NCBI GenBank assembly: GCA_021790455.1
Contig: JAJYDY010000001.1
Coordinates: 1 to 51,276, forward strand
DNA length: 51,276 nt
Reading direction: 5' to 3'
Source of the DNA: Candidatus Micrarchaeota archaeon
Lineage (GTDB): Archaea > Micrarchaeota > Micrarchaeia > Micrarchaeales > Micrarchaeaceae
Numbering within the stretch: the stretch's first letter is position 1; every line of letters begins with the position of its first letter. This document shows positions 8,694 through 16,882 of the stretch, piece by piece. Both the position numbers and the translations under genes were made by a program. The notes under the pieces are model-generated. The model was not told the DNA's origin. It saw only the letters and a list, made by a program, of their open reading frames with translations, and ran no database searches.

Positions 8694-9659
8694 TCATCTC
8701 CTTCTGTCTTTCTTGTATGAGCGCTTCCTGTTGAAGTCAAAATGTGGCTTGCCGTGACTGTGCATCTGTCCTCCGTGCTGGCTGCCGCGCCTCTGCTCAT
8801 GCTGGGGGGACTGCTGCATCTGCGGCTTTGGCTTTATGGGTGCGCTCCTTATCTTCTGCACCGTTTCGTCAAGGGTCTTCTTTAGCTCCTTGCCTATGAA
8901 CTTCTTGGTGTAATAGTCGGCTTTTAGGCCTATGCTGATCTTCGTCGCGTAGACTCTCGCGATCCTGCCCCTTATCTCCCTTGGCGCTGTGTTTACGACC
9001 GGAAGCTTGAACAGCACCCCGTACTTCGGCGGCTTGCTGCCGAATTTTATGTGCTTGAAAAGGCTCTTCTCCGCGCCGAGCAGTTGGACAGTGCTCGCAG
9101 GCATTGTCGCAAGCCGCTCCATAGAGCCTGCCTTGCTGAGCAGCTCCGCGGCTATCTTCTCGTCCGTAAGATAAGTGGTATTCGGAAGAAGCCTCTCCGA
9201 TGCGATCTTTATGTAGTCCTCTAGAGAGGTGAGCACGCGCAGGAGGTTGTTGCTCAGTTCGGCAAACTCGATGACGGCCTTCTTCTCGTCCATGTTCATC
9301 TTCCTTCCTATGGTCTTGACGGATTTCTCGTGTATTATCTTCGCCATCTGCTCGTTGTTCACTATCCTCTTTATCTCCTCCGTGCTCGGCTGCTCCGGCT
9401 TCGTTAGGAGGAGAGCCAGATCAGCCAGGCTCTTCGCGTTGTTTATCCTTATCTCCGGGAAATATATCCCGAACCACTCGGTGAGCCGCTCGTAAGTCAG
9501 GTTGTAGCTCTTGTTCGTCTCGAGGTATGCGTTTATCGCCTGTATCAGCGCATATTCCTCGCTAGAATACGCTTCCTGTATGCCTGCCTTGGCGCTGGCT
9601 AGCATCCTTTCGCGAAGTTCCTCAAAAGAGCCCTCTTTCACTGCCAATGCATGCACCAA
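8694..9659 (-). CDS. nop5: Nop5 (Nop56/58)-like C/D box sRNP protein, N-terminally short
   Basis: NOSIC/Nop-domain motifs are present (RLTEWFGIYFPEI; LLGAEKSLFKHIKFGSKPPKYGVLF), with a basic H/Q/R-rich tail. TTG start; an in-frame TAA 2 codons upstream prevents extension. Confidence 0.85.
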   Translation of the reverse strand: MVHALAVKEGSFEELRERMLASAKAGIQEAYSSEEYALIQAINAYLETNKSYNLTYERLTEWFGIYFPEIRINNAKSLADLALLLTKPEQPSTEEIKRIVNNEQMAKIIHEKSVKTIGRKMNMDEKKAVIEFAELSNNLLRVLTSLEDYIKIASERLLPNTTYLTDEKIAAELLSKAGSMERLATMPASTVQLLGAEKSLFKHIKFGSKPPKYGVLFKLPVVNTAPREIRGRIARVYATKISIGLKADYYTKKFIGKELKKTLDETVQKIRSAPIKPKPQMQQSPQHEQRRGSQHGGQMHSHGKPHFDFNRKRSYKKDRRR

Positions 9660-9708
9660 TAATTAGACTAGACTTTGATACTTTGTCGATGGAGTTTAAA
9701 TATTTATG

Positions 9709-10974
9709 CTAGGAGCCTGTTGGCGCGTAGTTCGCATACACATACGACGCTGCCGATATGGCGGCGCAGCGCCCAAGCGGTGATTCGCCTCTGATCGCAC
9801 ATGCTTGCGCCGGAACGGTAATTGTGATATCCGCATAATATTTCCCATTAGGCTGTGACTGGCAGGTTGCAATGTATGATACGTCACCGTTGCTGTCTGC
9901 AAGGTCCTGCCTCGGCGTGCATCCTGACGGCCACGCAACGACACACGCAGACGAATACTGGCATGATATGGCTATTACAACGAATGAGTTAGGCTGTGTT
10001 ATAGTGTAGTTTATGTCGCCAATCGCTGTAGCGCTGCCATCTTCTGGAGGGAATAATGCCTGTTTGTTCACGACGGGTGCTGGTGCGTTGTCCAAACCAA
10101 TAGTGGCTATAGAAGCGGTAATGCCGAGCTTGCTTGCGCTTACACACGAAACATTTGGACTGCCAACACTGCAGTATGCGCCGCTCAGCCTGCCAACATC
10201 AGTAGCGTTTCTCAACGCATCCTCAGCATCTGCAACCCAGTTAGGCGAGGTCAGGCATGAGTCCTGGGCGGCTGCGCATATGTAGTTCGACCATGTTCCA
10301 GCTACTATTGCTGTAATAGCAGGGCTTCCTGTGTTGCCGCCGGTAAGGAATGTCCCTGAGATCGTTGTGGTGCTCGTAGTAGTAGTAGTAGTGCTGGATG
10401 TAGCGCTGCCTGATGCTGTCGTGGTCGCAGATGTAGATGCAGCGCCTCCGCCTACCTTTCCTACTGCTGCATGCACTGTCGCGACCTTTTGAGTCACCCA
10501 TCCGTTCGCTCCGCCTTCCGGAGTCGGTGCAGTGGTGTAGCGCAGCCATAGATAACCGTCGAATGTTGTGCCTATCGTCTGGGTTCCGAGAAGGGAGCTG
10601 GTGGTGCTGTAGCATGGTGTGTTGTTCACCTGCACGCTGGTGCCGCTGTCCAGTTCGGATGTAAGGACGAACCATGGGCTGCTGCCTGCATAAGGTCCTC
10701 CAGTCGAGTTGATGCTCTCCGTGCATGCGACCTCTACATTATAGAAGTTGCTCCCTGTATTCTGCCCGAGGAGGAACGATGCTGTCCCGTTAGTTGCGAT
10801 GGTCAGGCCGGTGCATGAGTACTTGAACTGCACGTTGCATTGGTTCCCCAGCAGTCCGTTAGGAGAGAAAACTCCAAGCAGGTAGAGGACACCGAGTACG
10901 ATGATTATTATGAGGATAGCCCATCCGTATGTCATCAGATACTCCATAGCGCTTTGCGCAGAAAATCGCTTCAT
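9709..10974 (-). CDS. Class III signal peptide (type IV pilin-like) protein with 4-Cys domain, Thr/Ser linker and Cys-rich C-terminal domain
   Basis: N-terminus MKRFSAQSAMEYLMTYGWAILIIIIVLGVLYLL matches QxSxE-type class III signals. It has the conserved C..F.Y.C / ACTES / NNTPC cysteine pattern and the LWLRYT motif. A linker (ATTTASGSATSSTTTTTTSTTT) precedes a ~200-aa domain with 12 Cys. Confidence 0.85.
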   Translation of the reverse strand: MKRFSAQSAMEYLMTYGWAILIIIIVLGVLYLLGVFSPNGLLGNQCNVQFKYSCTGLTIATNGTASFLLGQNTGSNFYNVEVACTESINSTGGPYAGSSPWFVLTSELDSGTSVQVNNTPCYSTTSSLLGTQTIGTTFDGYLWLRYTTAPTPEGGANGWVTQKVATVHAAVGKVGGGAASTSATTTASGSATSSTTTTTTSTTTISGTFLTGGNTGSPAITAIVAGTWSNYICAAAQDSCLTSPNWVADAEDALRNATDVGRLSGAYCSVGSPNVSCVSASKLGITASIATIGLDNAPAPVVNKQALFPPEDGSATAIGDINYTITQPNSFVVIAISCQYSSACVVAWPSGCTPRQDLADSNGDVSYIATCQSQPNGKYYADITITVPAQACAIRGESPLGRCAAISAASYVYANYAPTGS

Positions 10975-11065
10975 GTGGACACGGTGTAAGAGGTCATCCT
11001 GTTTTTATATATCTTTCGAAAGGGATTTATAAGGTGCTAGAAAAGATAGAGTGACGTGACGTATT

Positions 11066-12559
11066 ATGAACATCGATGATTTGCTTGCCCTAGCCAAGAG
11101 GCGGGGCTTCTTCTGGCAGGCTGCGGAGATATACGGAGGCATAAGCGGCATATATGATTACGGCCACGTGGGAGCGCTAATGAAGAGGAGGTGGGAGAGC
11201 GCATGGCTCTCTTTCTTCGTAGACACGCATCCTGACTATTATCTTATAGAGGGAAGCACTGTCCTCTCCGAAAAGCCGCTGGTTGCGTCGGGACATGCAG
11301 AGAGATTCAACGATATAATAGTAGGCTGTTCAAAATGCCACACCTTCTATAGGGCTGATGTCCTCCTGCATGACCTTGGCATAGACGTCTCAGAGGGTGC
11401 AACGCCGCAGGAGATTGATGACATGGTAAAGAAGAACAACATCAAGTGCCCCAAGGACAAGGGCCCTCTCCAGCCATCTAAGGCATTCAACATGATGCTC
11501 GACCTGCACCTCGGGCCGGAAAGGACAGACAGGGGCTACCTGCGGCCTGAAACTGCGCAGTCCGCTTACCTGAATTTCTTCAGGGAATTCAATATACTAA
11601 GGAAGACGCTCCCAATGGGCCTTGCTGTAATAGGAAGGGCATACAGGAACGAGATATCCCCGCGGCAGGGGCTTTACAGGATGAGGGAACTGACGCAGGC
11701 AGAGCTACAGATATTCTTCGACCCGGAGAGCTGGGAGCCGAACCTCAGTGAGTTCGGAAAGAGGTCGGTGAACGTTGTCCTCTATGAGAAGAAGCAGGAC
11801 AGGATCTCGATAAAGGACCTCGTCGAGAAGCACAATATCCCGAAGTTCTATGCTTACCATATGGCGCTGATCGATGTTTTCTACAGGGATGTCATCGGCA
11901 TTCCAGAGGAGAAGATAAGATTCTTCGAGAAAGGAGGAAATGAGAAGGCATTCTACAACAAGGTGCACATGGATATAGAAGCAGACATTGAAAGCTGGGG
12001 AGGATTCAAGGAGGTGGGTGGGCTTCATTACAGGGGTGATTACGACCTTACATCGCACTCGAAGGGATCGGGCCAGGACATGTCTGTCCTTGTTGGCGAA
12101 AAGAAGGTCCTTCCAAACGTACTTGAACTTAGCTTCGGCGTGGACAGGAACATCTGGATGCTGATAGACGTGTTCTTCAAGAAAGAAGGCGAGCGGACCG
12201 TTCTGTCAATACCGAACTTCATCGCTCCATACCAGGCTGCGATATTCCCTCTCCAAAAGGACGATACTATTTACAACATGGTTGATTCGATCTACAAAAG
12301 GTTGAGGCCTTACTTCAAGATAGGCCTTGACGAGTCCGGCTCGATCGGAAGAAGATATGCAAGGATGGACGAGATAGGAACCCCGTTCTGCATAACGGTT
12401 GACTATGACTCGATCAGCAGGGAATCTGACAAGTTTGACACCGTTACAGTCAGGTCGAGGGACGACAAGAAGCAGGTAAGGCTAAAGATCGATGAACTCG
12501 ACTCCTTCCTAAAGAAGAACACGGCATTCAACGCTCACGATTACGTAAAGTTCTATTAG
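11066..12559 (+). CDS. glyS: Glycyl-tRNA synthetase (archaeal/eukaryal type)
   Basis: The N-terminus RGFFWQAAEIYGGISGIYDYGHVGALMKRRW is characteristic of this family. Class II motifs and a C-terminal anticodon-binding region are present. An atttataag TATA-like box lies 32 nt upstream. Confidence 0.93.
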   Translation: MNIDDLLALAKRRGFFWQAAEIYGGISGIYDYGHVGALMKRRWESAWLSFFVDTHPDYYLIEGSTVLSEKPLVASGHAERFNDIIVGCSKCHTFYRADVLLHDLGIDVSEGATPQEIDDMVKKNNIKCPKDKGPLQPSKAFNMMLDLHLGPERTDRGYLRPETAQSAYLNFFREFNILRKTLPMGLAVIGRAYRNEISPRQGLYRMRELTQAELQIFFDPESWEPNLSEFGKRSVNVVLYEKKQDRISIKDLVEKHNIPKFYAYHMALIDVFYRDVIGIPEEKIRFFEKGGNEKAFYNKVHMDIEADIESWGGFKEVGGLHYRGDYDLTSHSKGSGQDMSVLVGEKKVLPNVLELSFGVDRNIWMLIDVFFKKEGERTVLSIPNFIAPYQAAIFPLQKDDTIYNMVDSIYKRLRPYFKIGLDESGSIGRRYARMDEIGTPFCITVDYDSISRESDKFDTVTVRSRDDKKQVRLKIDELDSFLKKNTAFNAHDYVKFY

Positions 12560-12580
12560 TTCCATTAAAGAAGTAATATT

Positions 12581-13450
12581 ATGATAGGCTCCTCTTGCAA
12601 GATCAATGTGTCGTGCTTTGACCTTAGGCACACTTTCGAGAGCGCGCAGCCTCTCGCTTTCTATGCTGATTATTCCAAGGATGGAAACGCCCTTTCCTAT
12701 GCGACAGGCGCGGCTCTTGTCAACGTTTCATTTGAGGGCACGCCGAGGAAGGGAACGCTCAACATAACCAGCAACGACATTCAAGCAGCGAAGGCCGACG
12801 TGAGCATGAGGTTCAGGCTCGGCGACGACATGGAGAAGGTATACAAGACAATAAACACGGATGTGCACGTCGGACGCGCAATAGAGAGATATGAGGGGAT
12901 GAGGCTCACGGTCAACGACCCATGGGAAACCACAATGTGCTTCATAATCTCACAGTTCAACAACGTGAAAAGGATAAGGCTCATCGTGAAGAGGATAATT
13001 GAGAGATACGGAAGGGACGTAGTTGGCGCTGAGGGGAAGGTTGCCGCAAAGTCTTTCCCGAAGAGCGAAGACCTGCTAAAGGTTTCGGAGAAAGATTTCC
13101 TAGCATGCGGCACTGGATTTAGGGCGAAGTACCTTGTGCACGCCGCTGATTACTGCACGAATAACCTTGACCTTTACAAACTTGACCCGAAGGACTATGG
13201 CAAACTTAAGGAAGAGCTTATGGAGATACAGGGAGTCGGAGACAAGGTCGCTGATTGCATAGCGCTGATGGGATACGGCAACCTGAATGCATTCCCTATA
13301 GACGTGCACGTGAAGCGCGCAATGGAGAGGCTGTATTTCAACGGAGAAAAGAAAAAGATTAAAGAGATCCATGAGATATCAGAGAAGATGTGGGATGCAT
13401 ACCGCGGATACGCGCAGCAATATCTCTTTCATCATGAGAGAATGTCGTAA
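12581..13450 (+). CDS. ogg: 8-oxoguanine DNA glycosylase/AP lyase (OGG1-like, HhH-GPD)
   Basis: The HhH-GPD motif with catalytic Lys (IQGVGDKVADCIALMGYGNLNAFPIDVHV) closely parallels the OGG1 GVGTKVADC...VPVDVH motif. Confidence 0.8.
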   Translation: MIGSSCKINVSCFDLRHTFESAQPLAFYADYSKDGNALSYATGAALVNVSFEGTPRKGTLNITSNDIQAAKADVSMRFRLGDDMEKVYKTINTDVHVGRAIERYEGMRLTVNDPWETTMCFIISQFNNVKRIRLIVKRIIERYGRDVVGAEGKVAAKSFPKSEDLLKVSEKDFLACGTGFRAKYLVHAADYCTNNLDLYKLDPKDYGKLKEELMEIQGVGDKVADCIALMGYGNLNAFPIDVHVKRAMERLYFNGEKKKIKEIHEISEKMWDAYRGYAQQYLFHHERMS

Positions 13451-13459
13451 AGTGAGACT

Positions 13460-14032
13460 ATGGGGGAACTTAGCAGGGACGTGGAGGAAATCGCGGACTA
13501 TCTAGAAGCGAAGCAGAAGAACTTCGACGCTGTAATGCAGATTAGCAGGGACATAATCAGGTCCGCAGGGCAGACAATCACCCTTTTGCACAATGATGAG
13601 AGGGAGGAGGCGGAGAATAAGCTGGGCGAGATGTCTGCGATGGTGAAGAAGCTGCAGAAAATAGATGGAGGATTCAAGTATAATACGTTGCAGGCTTATC
13701 AGGAGTATGTCGAGGCCTACATCTTCCACAGCATAAAGACAAAGAGGAGGATCCCGCCCCTTTCAAGATTGGGCGTTGAGCACGAGGCGTACCTCATGGG
13801 GCTGATGGATGTTGTAGGCGAGCTGAAAAGGGAGATCCTCGAATACCTGAGAGCAGGCGATAAAAGGAGGGCGGAGTGGTACTTCGACATGATGGAGCAG
13901 ATTTACGATGGGACAAGAAAACTCAGGTTTGCAGAAGCGGTGCTTTCCGGATTCAGGAAGAAGCAGGACGTGGCGAGAATCCAGATAGAAAACGCTGGGA
14001 GCGAGATCCTTTCTTTCAGGCGGAGGCGCTGA
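13460..14032 (+). CDS. Translin-family protein
   Basis: 190-aa helical protein. The segment EAYLMGLMDVVGELKREILEYLRAGD resembles the translin family core. Family call is from memory. Confidence 0.6.
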   Translation: MGELSRDVEEIADYLEAKQKNFDAVMQISRDIIRSAGQTITLLHNDEREEAENKLGEMSAMVKKLQKIDGGFKYNTLQAYQEYVEAYIFHSIKTKRRIPPLSRLGVEHEAYLMGLMDVVGELKREILEYLRAGDKRRAEWYFDMMEQIYDGTRKLRFAEAVLSGFRKKQDVARIQIENAGSEILSFRRRR

Positions 14033-14359
14033 TCAAATAAGCTTCAGCGCTTCTTTAACGACTTCGCCGTTCGCAGCCAATTCGTCAACTCTCGAGGAGA
14101 TCTCCCTCTTGTTCTTCCTCTCCGATATCATCTTCGCTATCGGCGCCTCATACCTTCTTGACTCTATTACCCTCTCGACTTTCTTTATCTTGCCAGAGTA
14201 TCTCCCGCTGAGGTACTTGCTTATCGCTGCCTGCGCCACTCCCAGATTTCTCGCAATCTGCTGCTGGCTCATCTCATATTTCCGGTCCAGTGCCTTTGCG
14301 ATCGCTGCCCTTGCTGCCGGTATGGTGAGCTTGAAAATCTCGTCGCAGTTCGTGTACAA
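14033..14359 (-). CDS. Small helix-turn-helix transcriptional regulator
   Basis: 108 aa with an HTH segment (MSQQQIARNLGVAQAAISKYLSG). Its stop codon directly abuts the convergent translin stop. Confidence 0.65.
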   Translation of the reverse strand: MYTNCDEIFKLTIPAARAAIAKALDRKYEMSQQQIARNLGVAQAAISKYLSGRYSGKIKKVERVIESRRYEAPIAKMISERKNKREISSRVDELAANGEVVKEALKLI

Positions 14360-14367
14360 GTTATCTC

Positions 14368-14916
14368 CTAATCCTCAATCCCGAAGGTATCCTTGAGTGA
14401 CTTCTTTATTCCCTTCTTCTTCACTTCTTCGAAGGCCTTGCCTGCGCCAAAGCTTATCTTGGGCATCTTCAGTGGCTGGCGCGGCAGCGCTTCTTTCTGC
14501 GGAGCCTGCTGGCTCTGTTTCGGCAGCGGTGCCTGTTGTTTAGACGCAGGTTTTCCTCCAGAGAGCATCGCGTCTATGATGTCTGTGAGCGACTTCCTTG
14601 ATACCTTCATCGAGTCGACAAGGATGACGTTTGCCCTGGTGCCGGAGACCGCTTCCTCTGCGTCTTCAGGGTCCTTGCACGCTATCGCATTTATACCCTG
14701 GAACTTGTTCGCGGATAGCGCAACGTCTTTCGCGTTCTGGATAAGCAAAAGGGCCATATCGAATCCTGAAGTCGCGTTCGTCCTGAGGTCATTGAGCAAC
14801 ACCTTTGTGTCGTCGCTCCTTGTCTCGCTCATTATCGCGGTGTGGCCTGCCTTGTTTACCGCGTTCGTCGCGGATACGGCGTATTCCGGGCTGTCGCTTA
14901 TGACGTAAATCTTCAT
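14368..14916 (-). CDS. RpiB/LacAB-like fold protein lacking the catalytic Cys, with a Q/P/K-rich C-terminal tail
   Basis: SANKFQGINAIACKDPEDAEEAVSGTRANVILVDSMKVSRKSLTDIIDAML parallels the RpiB segment ANKFAGIRAVVC..P..A.......NVL......V.......IVDAWL. The CGTG active-site segment is replaced by IQNAKD. Start taken at MKIYVISD; the ORF-track start at 14925 is also possible. Confidence 0.5.
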   Translation of the reverse strand: MKIYVISDSPEYAVSATNAVNKAGHTAIMSETRSDDTKVLLNDLRTNATSGFDMALLLIQNAKDVALSANKFQGINAIACKDPEDAEEAVSGTRANVILVDSMKVSRKSLTDIIDAMLSGGKPASKQQAPLPKQSQQAPQKEALPRQPLKMPKISFGAGKAFEEVKKKGIKKSLKDTFGIED

Positions 14917-15027
14917 GAATATCAACGTTTTACTCGTAAGCTAAAGATATTAATATATAGGGGTGAAAACCTTATTTAATCTATACAGCTGCGGAGCTGT
15001 TAGCCGTAACACTAGCAAGGTGTATTA

Positions 15028-15261
15028 TTGAGAGGAAAAGAAACATTAGTCAATTGCGACTCGTGCGGAAGAAAGGTCCCAAGAAACAAGGCTGTCATTT
15101 TTGAGAGAGCTATCAGCTTCAACACAGGGATGCAGAATACGCAGGACGTGCGGTTCTTCGAGAGGAGGAAGACGCTGTACTGCATAAGCTGCGCCAAGCA
15201 TAAGGGAATCTTCGAGAAGAAGAAGAGGATGGCAATCGAGAAAGCTAAGAAATTCGCTTGA
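15028..15261 (+). CDS. rps26e: Ribosomal protein eS26
   Basis: CDSCGRKVPRNKAV and LYCISCAKHKGI match the two Cys pairs of eS26 (CxxCxxxVPxDKA ... YCxSCAxH). TTG start immediately after an in-frame TGA. The N-terminal basic arm is short. Confidence 0.8.
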   Translation: MRGKETLVNCDSCGRKVPRNKAVIFERAISFNTGMQNTQDVRFFERRKTLYCISCAKHKGIFEKKKRMAIEKAKKFA

Positions 15262-15271
15262 GTGAGGCCAT

Positions 15272-16246
15272 ATGGCTTTGAACCCAGATGATCTCCTCAT
15301 CTTCAAAGCAAGGGAAGAAGAGGAAGAGGAGAAGAAAAAGGTTAAGAAGCCAGAGGCAAAACCAGCTGCTGTCCCGGCTGCGAAACCTGCGCCTGCCGCT
15401 GCACCTATTCAACAGCAAAAACCACAGCCCCTGCCGCAGGCAGCTGCTGCAAAGCCGCAAGCCGCAAAGTCGGAAAAAGAGGAGAAGGTAACGTTCATAT
15501 CGCAGCAGAAGGAAGAGAACATCCCGATAGTCACCGAGCAGGAGGCGCTGGAAGAGGAGTATGGCGTGACTACGATCCCAGTAGGGAGGAGGGGCGCGAA
15601 GCATCTAACTGCGAAGGAGTCAAGAAGGATAGCGGAGCACATGACGTGCGAGCTGCACCCGTGGAGGAGGGCTTATGCGATATGCAGCTACTGCCACAGG
15701 GCGTTCTGCTATGAGGACTTGGTGGAGCACAACGGCGCATACTACGATCTCGATGACATAGACAAGATACCGAAGCTGCGTGCAAGCGAAATAATAAGGT
15801 ACAATACCCTCGGGTTCTTCGCCGGCGCGCTGATGCTTTTCGTTTTTCTGGTTTTCATATATTCCTCATACCCGCTTGTGCTTAAGATACCTTTTCTGTT
15901 CCAGCAGATAGGGGGATTGAACGGCCTTCTCGCGAACCCGTTGCAGGCGTTCTCGTTCCTGCTGGCTGAGACTTCGCTCGCGATGCTCTCGTTCATCGCC
16001 GCAATAAGCGTATTCCTGAGCAGGAAGGCCAGCTTCAGGTTCAGCACGATCGTCAGCGTCCTCATTGTTGGATTATTCTCATACACGTACCTGAATTCGG
16101 CGAACGTTTACTCGGCTGTGATAGCCGCCATGTCTTTCATCTCGATGGTCTCGCTCGCTTATTCAAGGGTGGCGATAGAGACGCTCCCCGAGGAGACGGA
16201 GCTCCCGGCATCGGAGTCGCTGGAGATCGCGAAGAGCAGCTTCTAG
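15272..16246 (+). CDS. Hypothetical membrane protein with a charged, low-complexity N-terminus and a B-box-like Cys/His cluster
   Basis: E/K then P/A/Q-rich N-terminal ~100 aa, followed by CELHPWRRAYAICSYCHRAFCYEDLVEH and about five hydrophobic helices. Confidence 0.6.
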   Translation: MALNPDDLLIFKAREEEEEEKKKVKKPEAKPAAVPAAKPAPAAAPIQQQKPQPLPQAAAAKPQAAKSEKEEKVTFISQQKEENIPIVTEQEALEEEYGVTTIPVGRRGAKHLTAKESRRIAEHMTCELHPWRRAYAICSYCHRAFCYEDLVEHNGAYYDLDDIDKIPKLRASEIIRYNTLGFFAGALMLFVFLVFIYSSYPLVLKIPFLFQQIGGLNGLLANPLQAFSFLLAETSLAMLSFIAAISVFLSRKASFRFSTIVSVLIVGLFSYTYLNSANVYSAVIAAMSFISMVSLAYSRVAIETLPEETELPASESLEIAKSSF

Positions 16247-16263
16247 CCGCAGGCTTGTGGCTT

Positions 16264-16881
16264 CTACCCTGTGATGAGTGTCCTTGTCTGGTACCTTCCC
16301 CTCTTCTCTATCTCTTCGAGCCTCTCGGCTATCGCTCCTGCGTCGCTGAACGCCGCGGAGTATGATGAAAGGAAGATGTTGTAGAGCTTCTTGCTGACAG
16401 ACCTCTTCATTAGGAGGAGGTCAAGCGCCTTCTCCTCGCTGGATTTCGTCACTTCGGAGAGACCGAAGTCTATCACAAAAACGCCGCTGTTTGAAACCAT
16501 TATGTTCGCCGGGGTATAGTCGCCGTGCGCGATGCCAAGCGCGTGCAATTCTGCAAGGCGCTTACCGACCTCGAGGAATATCCGCTCGAGCTGCCCTTTC
16601 TTCGCCTTCTTTTCCTGCATTATCGCGTTGAGAGTATCGCCGTCCAGCCTCTCCATGAATATCTGATGTTCTCCGAGCATCAGCACCCTCGGCACCTTCA
16701 CCCCGGAAGAGGAGGCGCGGGAGAGTATTCTCGCCTCTGACTTTGTCCTTTTCGAGCGGATTTCATCATCAAGCGCCCTTACTCTGTAGCCTTTCGCCAC
16801 CCTGTCCTTTACAACAGCGTGCAGGCCTGCAAACTCCGTGGAATAAAGAATCGATTCGGCGCCTTCGGATAATTTCTCCAT
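16264..16881 (-). CDS. bud32: Bud32 (KEOPS) atypical protein kinase
   Basis: Catalytic loop GIAHGDYTPANIMV and VIDFGLSE (DFG). Sits 1 nt downstream of kae1. Confidence 0.88.
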   Translation of the reverse strand: MEKLSEGAESILYSTEFAGLHAVVKDRVAKGYRVRALDDEIRSKRTKSEARILSRASSSGVKVPRVLMLGEHQIFMERLDGDTLNAIMQEKKAKKGQLERIFLEVGKRLAELHALGIAHGDYTPANIMVSNSGVFVIDFGLSEVTKSSEEKALDLLLMKRSVSKKLYNIFLSSYSAAFSDAGAIAERLEEIEKRGRYQTRTLITG

Positions 16882-16882
16882 A

